64,000 nt of DNA, from contig CACLJX010000001.1 in assembly GCA_902607435.1 (NCBI GenBank), forward strand, positions 10,899 through 74,898. The letters are read 5' to 3'. Position 1 is the first letter of the stretch. Each line of letters opens with the position of its first letter. A program made the position numbers and the translations under genes. Shown here one piece after another: positions 17,530-26,476 of this stretch. The notes under the pieces are model-generated. The model searched no databases, was not told the DNA's origin, and saw nothing but the letters and a program-made list of their open reading frames with translations. This DNA comes from an uncultured Alphaproteobacteria bacterium. Lineage in GTDB: Bacteria > Pseudomonadota > Alphaproteobacteria > HIMB59 > GCA-002718135.

Positions 17530-18683
17530 TGTTTGGTAATATTAACAATTGCCATAATACAAAAGATTTTAGAAGGCTTGCTAAACGAAAACTACCTAGT
17601 CCTATTTTTCACTATATAGATGGAGCCGCAGATGATGAAGTGACCTATCGGCGAAATACAGAAGCATATGAACAATGTGATTTAATACCTAATGTTTTAG
17701 CTGGTGTTGAAAATATAGACATGTCAACAACAGTGATGGGTAAAAAAATTGATATGCCTCTTTATTTAGCTCCAACTGCATTGCAACGATTGTTTCATTA
17801 TGATGGTGAAAAAGCAGTTGGTAAAGCTGCAGAAAAATTTGGTACAATGTTCGGTATTTCTTCACTTGCTACAGCAAGTATTGAAGAAATTTCTGATTTA
17901 ATTAAAACACCAAAACTTTTTCAACTTTATGTTCACAAAGACAAGGGATTAAACAAAAGCATGATTGATAGATGCAAAAATTCTAACTTTGATGCTCTTG
18001 CTTTAACAGTTGATACTATAGTAGGAGGAAATCGAGAAAGAGATTTATATACTGGATTTACATCTCCTCCTAGATTAACTTTAAAAAGTTTATTTAGTTT
18101 TGCTATGCATCCTAATTGGGCTTTTAATTATTTCACTCATCCACGATTTGAGCTTAGCCAATTAAAAGATTTTTTTGGAGAAGGTACAAATATATCTGTG
18201 TCTGTAAGTGATTATTTTACTAAGTTAATTGATCAATCAATGGATTGGAAAGCAGCAGAGGAAATTAATAAACATTGGGGCAAACAATTTGCTTTAAAAG
18301 GTATAATGTCAGTAGCAGATGCTAAAAAAGCAGTAGATATTGGAGCTACAGCAATTATGGTTTCAAATCATGGAGGAAGGCAACTAGATGGATCTCGCTC
18401 TCCATTTGATCAATTGTCAGAAATTGTTGATGCGGTTGGGGATAAAATTGATGTTATTTGTGAAGGAGGAATTCGAAGAGGGACCCATGTTTTAAAAGCT
18501 TTATCTTTAGGTGCAAAAGCTTGTTCTGGAGGAAGATTTTATTTGTATGCTCTTGCAGCTGGAGGACAAAAAGGCGTTGAAAAAGCTTTATTAAATTTAC
18601 AAACAGAAATAAAAAGAGATATGCAGCTGATGGGAGTTACAAAAGTGGATCAACTATCTCGTACAAATATAAAATTCAGATAA
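17529..18683 (+). CDS. FMN-dependent alpha-hydroxy acid (L-lactate-type) dehydrogenase
   Basis: PIFHYIDGAADDE, VSNHGGRQLD, GGIRRG. TAATG overlap with the upstream FAH gene. Confidence 0.88.
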   Translation: MFGNINNCHNTKDFRRLAKRKLPSPIFHYIDGAADDEVTYRRNTEAYEQCDLIPNVLAGVENIDMSTTVMGKKIDMPLYLAPTALQRLFHYDGEKAVGKAAEKFGTMFGISSLATASIEEISDLIKTPKLFQLYVHKDKGLNKSMIDRCKNSNFDALALTVDTIVGGNRERDLYTGFTSPPRLTLKSLFSFAMHPNWAFNYFTHPRFELSQLKDFFGEGTNISVSVSDYFTKLIDQSMDWKAAEEINKHWGKQFALKGIMSVADAKKAVDIGATAIMVSNHGGRQLDGSRSPFDQLSEIVDAVGDKIDVICEGGIRRGTHVLKALSLGAKACSGGRFYLYALAAGGQKGVEKALLNLQTEIKRDMQLMGVTKVDQLSRTNIKFR

Positions 18684-18745
18684 ATTTTAAAAAAAATACA
18701 AAAAAAACATTTATTCTCTTAAAAATTTATTCTAAGATTTTTTAT

Positions 18746-19072
18746 ATGAATAAAGAAAAAGAATATGAATCTATTCATATTGGCCAATCAGAAGATCTCG
18801 ATAAAGACAGTGTAGAAAATTTTGAATATGAAGAAATTGATTACGCTATTTATCATTTAGAGAGTGGGTTCTTTGCAACTCAAGGTCATTGTCATTGTGA
18901 AGAACAAGCTTTGTTGAGTGAAGGCACAATTGAGGGAGAAGAATTAGAATGTGCAAGTTGTGGACGAACGTTCAGTATAGTATCCGGAGATCCTATTAGT
19001 GATCCAGGAATGAAACCATTAAAAATTTACGAAGTTACTGAAGAGAATGGTAGCTTGTTTTTAAATATTTAA
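18746..19072 (+). CDS. Rieske-fold ferredoxin-like mini-protein with non-canonical CxC...CxxC ligands
   Basis: 108 aa. ...GHCHCEEQALLSEGTIEGEELECASCGRTF... aligns to the small oxygenase ferredoxin pattern CxH..LSEG..ECPxHG, with Cys in place of both His. Confidence 0.6.
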   Translation: MNKEKEYESIHIGQSEDLDKDSVENFEYEEIDYAIYHLESGFFATQGHCHCEEQALLSEGTIEGEELECASCGRTFSIVSGDPISDPGMKPLKIYEVTEENGSLFLNI

Positions 19073-20038
19073 ATTTATATTTTTTCTATTAATAATATTA
19101 TTAACATTAATTTTTGATTTATTATTTAAGTAATTAGAAATGTTTTCACATGCCTCTACAGCCATTCTTTTTCTACATTCAAGTGGAAGTGCAGCACTGT
19201 GAGGAGATAGCACTATGTTATCTAATTTAAATAAAGGATTGTCGTTACTAGGTGGTTCTTTTTCATAAACATCAATTCCAGCCCCATAAATTTCCTTATT
19301 GTTCAAAGCCCAAAATAAATTTTGTTCATTTACTATCCCCCCCCTTGCAGTGTTTACTAGGATACACGTATTTTTCATCATCAATAATTGTTCTTTGGAG
19401 ATCATATTTTTAGTATTTTTATTAAGAGGCAAATGTATGCTAACAAAATCAGCAATTTTCAAACCTTCTTCCAAATTTATAGGAAAACAATTATCCTTTT
19501 TAATAATTGAAGCATCAATAAAAGGATCATACACATATACTTTAGAATCAAAGCCAAGGCATCGTTTAGCCAGTGTTTTGCCAATTCTTCCAAAGCCAAG
19601 AATTAAAACATTTTTTTCATATAATTCAAAAAAATCTGGCAATAAATTTTTTTCTTTATATTTTCCATTTCTAACAAGTTGATCAGATTGTTTGGTTATT
19701 TTGCATATACTCAAAAACATCATCATTACATGTTCAGCTACACTTATAGCGTTAGAAGTTCCTGTTATTGCAAGGGCTATTTGATGATTATTGAGATAAT
19801 TCAAATCAACATTGTCATATCCAACACCGTGACGAGAAACTATTTTTAAATTATTACAATTTTTGAGAATATCACTTGTTAATTTTGGTGTTCGAAGAAC
19901 AATGCCATCAACGTTATGCAATTTATTAATTAAATTATCTGATGAAAAATCTTTGATTTCAAAAACATCACACCCTTTTTTTTCTAAAATAGACCATCCA
20001 TCAGCATGAATTGAACCTATCATTGCAATTTTACTCAT
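19061..20038 (-). CDS. D-isomer-specific 2-hydroxyacid dehydrogenase (NAD-binding)
   Basis: SRHGVGYDNVD, GFGRIGKTLAKR, NTARGG..., SPH. 325 aa. Confidence 0.85.
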   Translation of the reverse strand: MSKIAMIGSIHADGWSILEKKGCDVFEIKDFSSDNLINKLHNVDGIVLRTPKLTSDILKNCNNLKIVSRHGVGYDNVDLNYLNNHQIALAITGTSNAISVAEHVMMMFLSICKITKQSDQLVRNGKYKEKNLLPDFFELYEKNVLILGFGRIGKTLAKRCLGFDSKVYVYDPFIDASIIKKDNCFPINLEEGLKIADFVSIHLPLNKNTKNMISKEQLLMMKNTCILVNTARGGIVNEQNLFWALNNKEIYGAGIDVYEKEPPSNDNPLFKLDNIVLSPHSAALPLECRKRMAVEACENISNYLNNKSKINVNNIINRKNINLNI

Positions 20039-20044
20039 AATTAA

Positions 20045-21055
20045 CTAACTATAATTAATTTTAACTGTTTTTTTATTTTCAAAAGAATCATAAGCAGCAT
20101 TGGCAATAATTAGAGCCTTTCTTCCATCTTCGAAATTAACTGTAGTAGGTTTTTTATTATTTATGCAATTCACAAAATTTTCAAGCTGATTTTTGTATGC
20201 TATTTCATATCTTTCAATAAAGAAATTAAGTATATGATCTTTTGAACTAGTGTTTCCATTACTATAAGAAGTAACTGATGTGGGTGTTTGATTATTTGAG
20301 ATTAACATTCCTTTATTGCCAAATAATTCAACTCTTTGATCATAACCATAAGAAGCATGTCTTGAATTATTGATATGACATAATACTCCTGATTCTGATT
20401 TCATGATAATCATAGCAGTATCAATATCATTTGCCTCTTTAGCCTCTGCGCTAAATAGTCTATCCCCAGTTGCATATATTTCAACTATAGGATCATTTTG
20501 AAGAATAAAGCATGCCAAATCAAAATCATGTATTGTCATATCTCTAAACATCCCTCCAGATACTTTTAAATATGCAGCAGTGGGTCCGCTTGGATCCCTA
20601 CTTGTTATTATGATCTGTTCTAATTTACCTATTTCACCTTTATTTTTTCTTTCATTTGCTGAGAGATGACTCGGGTCAAATCTTCTATTAAAGCCAATAT
20701 GTATAGGAATATTATATTTCTCTAATTCTTTTTTACATTTGTTCACTCTATTAATATCTAGGTCAATTGGTTTTTCACAAAAAATTGCCTTTCCTGCTTT
20801 TGCAGCTGACAGTATGTATTTTGTATGGGTTGGTGTTGATGTACAAATATAAACAATATCTACACTGGGATTAGAAATTGCCTCTTTAGGAGATAAAGCT
20901 ACTGTACCACCATATAAACTTGTAATCTTATTGGCAGCATTACTATCTATATCATAAACACATTCAATACTACATTTTGGATTTAGAGCTATGTTTGCAG
21001 CATGTATTTTTCCTATTCGACCCACTCCTAACAAAGCAAATTTAAGTATTTTCAT
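20045..21055 (-). CDS. iolG: myo-inositol 2-dehydrogenase (Gfo/Idh/MocA family)
   Basis: LGVGRIGKIHA, CEKP, GFNRRFDP, GGMFRDMTIHDFD, as in alphaproteobacterial IdhA/IolG. Confidence 0.85.
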   Translation of the reverse strand: MKILKFALLGVGRIGKIHAANIALNPKCSIECVYDIDSNAANKITSLYGGTVALSPKEAISNPSVDIVYICTSTPTHTKYILSAAKAGKAIFCEKPIDLDINRVNKCKKELEKYNIPIHIGFNRRFDPSHLSANERKNKGEIGKLEQIIITSRDPSGPTAAYLKVSGGMFRDMTIHDFDLACFILQNDPIVEIYATGDRLFSAEAKEANDIDTAMIIMKSESGVLCHINNSRHASYGYDQRVELFGNKGMLISNNQTPTSVTSYSNGNTSSKDHILNFFIERYEIAYKNQLENFVNCINNKKPTTVNFEDGRKALIIANAAYDSFENKKTVKINYS

Positions 21056-21199
21056 GCTATTTTCTTTTTATACGTTTCTATAATTTGGATATATATTATT
21101 ATTCATAACCACTAAACCATTTTACAGAAAAAAAAATATTATAGTAAATGTTTGGATTAAAAATAATATGAATTATAAGATATTAAAGAATTTAAAAAA

Positions 21200-23044
21200 A
21201 TGAAAACACTTCGATTAGCCTGCTCCCACGCATTAATTAAATATATAGTTGCGCAAAAAATAATAATTGACGGTAAAAAAATGCCATTATTTGCAGGTGC
21301 TTTTGGAATATATGGCCATGGCAATGTTGCTTGTATTGGGCAAGCAATGGAAGAGTTTCAAGATCAATTACCTGGTTATAGGGGGCATCATGAACAAAAC
21401 ATGGCACTTACTGGTATTGGTTATGCTAGGGCCATGAGACGAAAACAAATTTTTATTGCAACATCTTCAGTAGGTCCAGGTTCAACAAACATGGTTACAG
21501 CTGCAGCGGTAGCTTTAAGCAATAGACTTCCCATATTATTATTACCAGGAGACACATTTGCAAGCCGGTTTCCTGATCCTGTACTTCAGCAAGTAGAAAA
21601 TTTTCATAGCCCGACTTCAACACAAAATGATTCTCTCAAAGCAGTATCAAAGTATTTTGATAGAATAACTAGGCCAGAACAAATTTTATCCTCCTTACCT
21701 CAAGCACTACAAATGATGCTTGATCAAGCTGATTGTGGTCCGGCTACAATATCAATGTCACAGGATGTACAGGGGGAAGCATTTGATTATCCAGAAGTTT
21801 TCTTTGAAGAACAAATTCATGAAATTAGAAGAATTTATCCCGATCAAAATCAGATTAAAAATGCAACAGAGATAATTAAAAATTCCCAACAACCTATTAT
21901 TATTTCTGGAGGCGGTGTTTTGTATTCAGAAGCAGAAAAAGAACTTTCTGAATTTGCAAAAAAACACCATATACCAGTTACTTCTACAGTGATGGGTATT
22001 GGTTGTATGGATAAAGAAGATCCATATTACATTGGGCCAATTGGTTGTCTTGGAGTTGGTTCTGCAAATGTTTTGTCTAAGAAAACTGATTTGGCTTTAG
22101 CTGTAGGAACTAAACTAGGCGATTTTACTACTGGGTCATGGACGAATTTTCATAATCCTGATTTTAAATTGGTTTCTATTAATGCCGCACGCTTTGATGT
22201 AACTAAACACAGAGCAACTCCGGTTGTGTCTGACGCCAAGATAGGATTATTGGAATTATCAAAAGTCCTTGGAGATTGGAAAGCACCAGATCATTGGTAT
22301 CAACAAGCTGTTAAAGAAACTAAAGCATGGGATCAATATGTTGAAAAACAAAGTGGTCCTACTAATCAAGAAATACCTTCATATGCTCATGCTGTGGGGG
22401 CTGTTTATCGAAATGCTGATCCAACAGATATTGTTGTGACTGCAGCAGGAGGTCTTGTTGGTGAAGTTGCTCAAGTGTGGAAACCAAAACAAATCAATAC
22501 CTTTGAAACAGACTGGGGATATAGCTGCATGGGATATGAAATATCTGGAGCCCTTGGGATAAAAATGGCCAAACCTAATCAAGAAGTAATAGTTTTTGTT
22601 GGTGATGGTTCTTACTTATTAAATAATAGTGATATTTACAGTTCGATACTTTATGAAAAAAAATTGATCATTGTTGTATGTGACAATAGTGGTCATATGG
22701 TTATTAACCGCCTCCAATTAGCTAAAGGTGGTAAGGAATATTTATGTAATTTAAAAACTTCAAGAGCTACAAATTTTATTGAAGTTGACTTTGCTGCCCA
22801 TGCTGCAAGCATGGGTGCTGAAACTGAGGCTATAACTTCAACTTCGGAATTAGAAGCAGCTTTTTTGAGAGCTAAAAAATCAAATAAAACTTATGTGATA
22901 GCACTTAAAACTCATGGCTATGAATGGTTAGAGGGAACTGCATTTTGGGAAAGTCCTACTTTAGAAGTTTCATCTACTGACAATAATAAAAAAGCATATC
23001 AAGAGCATAAAGAAGGAAAAGAAAAACAAAGAAAAGGAGTTTAA
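21200..23044 (+). CDS. iolD: 3D-(3,5/4)-trihydroxycyclohexane-1,2-dione acylhydrolase (ThDP-dependent)
   Basis: 614 aa ThDP enzyme: GIYGHGNV, SSVGPGSTN, GDGSYLLNNSD. Size and N-terminus are typical of IolD. Confidence 0.88.
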   Translation: MKTLRLACSHALIKYIVAQKIIIDGKKMPLFAGAFGIYGHGNVACIGQAMEEFQDQLPGYRGHHEQNMALTGIGYARAMRRKQIFIATSSVGPGSTNMVTAAAVALSNRLPILLLPGDTFASRFPDPVLQQVENFHSPTSTQNDSLKAVSKYFDRITRPEQILSSLPQALQMMLDQADCGPATISMSQDVQGEAFDYPEVFFEEQIHEIRRIYPDQNQIKNATEIIKNSQQPIIISGGGVLYSEAEKELSEFAKKHHIPVTSTVMGIGCMDKEDPYYIGPIGCLGVGSANVLSKKTDLALAVGTKLGDFTTGSWTNFHNPDFKLVSINAARFDVTKHRATPVVSDAKIGLLELSKVLGDWKAPDHWYQQAVKETKAWDQYVEKQSGPTNQEIPSYAHAVGAVYRNADPTDIVVTAAGGLVGEVAQVWKPKQINTFETDWGYSCMGYEISGALGIKMAKPNQEVIVFVGDGSYLLNNSDIYSSILYEKKLIIVVCDNSGHMVINRLQLAKGGKEYLCNLKTSRATNFIEVDFAAHAASMGAETEAITSTSELEAAFLRAKKSNKTYVIALKTHGYEWLEGTAFWESPTLEVSSTDNNKKAYQEHKEGKEKQRKGV

Positions 23045-23063
23045 TTACTCCATTAATTATTAT

Positions 23064-23510
23064 TTACCACACAGACCCATCAGGTTTGATCACACCCTTA
23101 TTTAAAATAAAACACCCATAAGCTCTTGCATCAGTTGTAGATACAATAACGAAAGCTTCTTTGGCTTCTTTATAAAACTGCATTCTTTCAATGGTGCCGA
23201 TTTTCCATTTATCGCCTGAAGTATTTTTTACAACATCAATAAAATCTTTATGTACGTCGTTTATTTCATGAGGATTGTTATCAATTTCCATTCTTTTGAC
23301 TGGACAGTCAACAAAACTATCAAGTGGAAATACAGATAAGATTGCTTTGGCGGCGTTAGGAATATCAATACCATCCAATCTAACTAATCTTTTTGCTAGT
23401 GATGATGAAGGAAAATTTGCATCAGCTAAAACTAGTGTATCGCCATGTCCCATTGAGCGTAAGGCACTTAACAATTTGGGACTTAAAATTGGATCAATAT
23501 CAATTAACAT
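23064..23510 (-). CDS. RbsD/FucU-family sugar mutarotase/transport-associated protein
   Basis: SMGHGDTLVLADANFP is the family signature. 148 aa. Confidence 0.8.
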   Translation of the reverse strand: MLIDIDPILSPKLLSALRSMGHGDTLVLADANFPSSSLAKRLVRLDGIDIPNAAKAILSVFPLDSFVDCPVKRMEIDNNPHEINDVHKDFIDVVKNTSGDKWKIGTIERMQFYKEAKEAFVIVSTTDARAYGCFILNKGVIKPDGSVW

Positions 23511-23621
23511 TTATAAAACCATATAATTATAAATAAATTATTCAATATTAATTATATCCTTATTAATAACTTAGACAAAATCTATTGAAATCAATTAGTT
23601 TTTTCCTTAATTGTACCATGC

Positions 23622-24377
23622 ATGATTTCCAATCCACCTGATATCATTCTTGAAGCCAAAGGTATCTCAAAATATTTCGGAACAATAACAGCACTTGAAA
23701 GTGCAAATCTTAGTCTTAGGCCTGGAGAAGTGTTAGGTGTTGTTGGAGATAACGGTGCTGGAAAATCTACTCTAATGAAAGTCTTATCTGGTTTATTTAA
23801 ACAAAGCGCAGGATCAATATTTTTTGAAGGCAAAAAAGTAGAGTTCTCTAGTCCTCGAGATTCCCAAAATTTAGGCATAGAAATGGTTTATCAAGATCTT
23901 GCTTTGGCTGAAAACTTACCAATAGGCGATAATATTTTTTTGGGAAGAGAGCCTACAAGAAAGTTTGGACCATTTAAATTTCTTGATCATAAACAAAAAA
24001 GACAGCTGACTGAAGAACATCTTTCTAGGTTAAAAATAAATGTTAAAAGTGCTGATCAAAGAGTAGAAGAACTTTCCGGCGGTCAGCGTCAAGCGGTTGC
24101 AATTGCTAGGGCAACAGCTTTTGATGCAAAAATAGTTATTATGGATGAACCTACAGCCGCTCTTGCAGTAAAAGAAGTTGGCAAAGTTTTAGATTTAATT
24201 AAGGGTCTAAAAAATTTAGGGGTTGGTGTAATTGTAATTAGTCACCGTATGGATGATATATTTACCGTATCAGACCGTGTCATGGCTTTATTTCAAGGAA
24301 CAAATTTTGCTGAGTCACACTTAAGAGAAACTTCTCGAGATGAAGTTATTGGATGGATAATGGGCAAAAAAATATAA
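23622..24377 (+). CDS. sugar ABC transporter ATP-binding protein (single ABC domain)
   Basis: Walker A GDNGAGKST, signature LSGGQRQ, Walker B IVIMDEPT. 251 aa. Confidence 0.9.
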   Translation: MISNPPDIILEAKGISKYFGTITALESANLSLRPGEVLGVVGDNGAGKSTLMKVLSGLFKQSAGSIFFEGKKVEFSSPRDSQNLGIEMVYQDLALAENLPIGDNIFLGREPTRKFGPFKFLDHKQKRQLTEEHLSRLKINVKSADQRVEELSGGQRQAVAIARATAFDAKIVIMDEPTAALAVKEVGKVLDLIKGLKNLGVGVIVISHRMDDIFTVSDRVMALFQGTNFAESHLRETSRDEVIGWIMGKKI

Positions 24378-24381
24378 GTAT

Positions 24382-25389
24382 ATGGAACAAAAAGACGATA
24401 CTCTTTTTATTAAATTAATCCCCTACATTGATAAGTATGGGATACTTCTTTTGATTGCAATAATGTTACTTGTCTTACATCTTCTGCAACCTGATGTATT
24501 TTTTTCATGGCGCAATATAACTAACATATTTAAACAAATATCGTGGCAGTCTATGCTAGCCCTTGGTGTGTTCATGGTCATTGTTACAGCAGGCATAGAT
24601 TTATCTGTCGGATCAATACTCATGTTGTCTTTAATGGCGCTTGCAATTTCATCAAGAGCCGGACTTCCTTGGCAAATTGTAGTTCTCGTTGCACCTGCAG
24701 TAGGATTGGTATGCGGAATGATTAATGGATTAGGAATAACCATTCTTCGAATGCCCCATCCATTTATTATGACTCTTGGGACACTTTATATATTTAGAGG
24801 TGTTGGAAACTTGATTTCAGGTGGTGTTCCAATAGGTGGATTTGCAAATCAAATTAGATCCATAGGAAATGGAAAAATAAAATTAGAGTGGCTTTACGGA
24901 GAGGGTGCGGCACAATACATTCCTTCAAGTCTAATTATTATAATTATTATATATGTTATTTTTTGGATTTTTTTAAATCAAACTAAAATTGGAAAATGGA
25001 TTTATGCGATTGGTGGTAATCCTGGAGCTGCACGAGCAGCTGGGATTAACGTTAATAGAATTTTAGTTCTTGTATATACCTTATGTGGTTTTTTAGCAGG
25101 TATTGGAGCACTAATTCTTGCAGGCAGAACTGGTTCAGCATACCCTAATGCTGGCTTGCAATCAGAACTGGATGCAATTGCTGCTGTCATTATTGGAGGA
25201 GCAAGTTTTTTCGGAGGTCGAGGAACCGTATTAGGTGTTTTTGCAGGAGTATTCATAATGGGATTACTCAGAAATGGCTTAAATTTGATGAATGTTAGTG
25301 TTTTTTGGCAACAAGTTTTAATAGGATCAATTATTATTTTGGCTGTTTATATAGATGTTTTACGTAGGCAATTTGGTACCAGGAAATAA
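24382..25389 (+). CDS. sugar ABC transporter permease (ribose/CUT2-like)
   Basis: Multi-pass membrane protein. TAGIDLSVGS and GGASFFGGRGTV motifs are typical of RbsC-like permeases. Confidence 0.88.
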   Translation: MEQKDDTLFIKLIPYIDKYGILLLIAIMLLVLHLLQPDVFFSWRNITNIFKQISWQSMLALGVFMVIVTAGIDLSVGSILMLSLMALAISSRAGLPWQIVVLVAPAVGLVCGMINGLGITILRMPHPFIMTLGTLYIFRGVGNLISGGVPIGGFANQIRSIGNGKIKLEWLYGEGAAQYIPSSLIIIIIIYVIFWIFLNQTKIGKWIYAIGGNPGAARAAGINVNRILVLVYTLCGFLAGIGALILAGRTGSAYPNAGLQSELDAIAAVIIGGASFFGGRGTVLGVFAGVFIMGLLRNGLNLMNVSVFWQQVLIGSIIILAVYIDVLRRQFGTRK

Positions 25390-25457
25390 CAATAGATTAA
25401 GTTGAATTATTTTCTTTTTTAATTACCATTATTAAATAATTTTTTTAGGAGGAAAAT

Positions 25458-26360
25458 ATGAGACTATTTGTTTCTGTAATTTCTGCAGTTTCGATTCTTT
25501 TCTCTTTTAGTGCTTTTTCAAAAACTATTTTGTTAAGCACCAAAGGACCTGGTTCAGGAAATCCATTTTGGGCTTCTGTTGAACAAGGTGCAAAAGATGC
25601 TGCAGCTGAATTAGGTGTTGATTTAGTTATTTTATCACCACCACAAGAAAGTGATGTAATGGCACAAGTAAATCAACTTGAAGATCAAATTGCTAAAGGC
25701 GTTGATGGTATTGCTGTTGCTCCAACTGATCCGTCTGCTGTTGCTCCAATTCTAGATGATGCTATTGCAGCAGGAATCCCTGTTGTTTACATTGATACTA
25801 ACGGTATTAATGAAGGTGTAACTTTCATTGGAACAAACAATTATAATGGCGCAAAGCTTGCTGCTGATTATATTTGCGGTAAAGTTCCAAGTGGTTCTGA
25901 TGTAGCAATACTTCAAGGAATGATTACACAAACTACTGGTCAACACAGAGCTGAAGGATCACACAAAGGTCTAACAGAATGTGGTTTGAATATAGTAGCT
26001 GAACTTCCAGCAAACTGGGATACTGCACAAGGTATGTCGGTAATGGAAGATATCATTACTGGTAATCCAAATATTAAAGCAGTATTTGCGTCTAATGACA
26101 ATATGGCATTAGGTGCATGGGAAGCACTTGAAGGTGCTGGTATGACTGATGTTGTACTTGTTGGATTTGATGCCAACCCAGATGCAGCTGCAAGTGTTGC
26201 TGCTGGTAAAATGTCAGCAACTGTAGCTCAGTTCTCTTACAATATGGGTTATATGGGAGTAGAAAATGCTCTTAAGTTAGCTAACGGAGAATCAATTCCA
26301 GATAATATTGACACTGGAACTGTTCTTGTCACCGCAGAAAACGCAGCTGACTTTATGTAA
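25458..26360 (+). CDS. periplasmic sugar-binding protein (ABC system 1)
   Basis: Signal peptide ...FSAFS/KT. Periplasmic-binding-protein type I fold hallmarks (VDGIAVAP, VVYIDT, GFDANP). Strong SD AGGAGG upstream. Confidence 0.88.
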   Translation: MRLFVSVISAVSILFSFSAFSKTILLSTKGPGSGNPFWASVEQGAKDAAAELGVDLVILSPPQESDVMAQVNQLEDQIAKGVDGIAVAPTDPSAVAPILDDAIAAGIPVVYIDTNGINEGVTFIGTNNYNGAKLAADYICGKVPSGSDVAILQGMITQTTGQHRAEGSHKGLTECGLNIVAELPANWDTAQGMSVMEDIITGNPNIKAVFASNDNMALGAWEALEGAGMTDVVLVGFDANPDAAASVAAGKMSATVAQFSYNMGYMGVENALKLANGESIPDNIDTGTVLVTAENAADFM

Positions 26361-26385
26361 ATTAATTTAACTTAAATAAAATTAT

Positions 26386-26414
26386 TAAAAAGGCAGGTAA
26401 AACTGCCTTTTTTC
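26386..26414 (+). terminator. intrinsic terminator/attenuator after binding-protein gene 1
   Basis: AAAAAGGCAG-GTAAAA-CTGCCTTTTTTC: 6-bp GC-rich stem (26391..26396 / 26403..26408) extendable by A:T pairs, followed by a T-run. Confidence 0.7.
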
Positions 26415-26476
26415 TTGTTAAAGTTTATAAAAATAGTAGTTATTAATTTAATACTTTTAATAGGGAGGAAGATTTT

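Noticed and set aside
23584-23595. Palindrome ATTGA-AA-TCAAT, 27 nt upstream of the first ABC ATPase gene, as a possible operator. Similarly, TTTGGAT occurs twice (21084..21090 and 21151..21157) in the iolG/iolD divergent spacer.
   Set aside because: The arms are only 5 bp (or the repeats 7-mers) in A/T-rich sequence, so chance occurrence is likely. No cognate regulator gene is present. The same motif does not recur at the other island promoters that I checked by eye.
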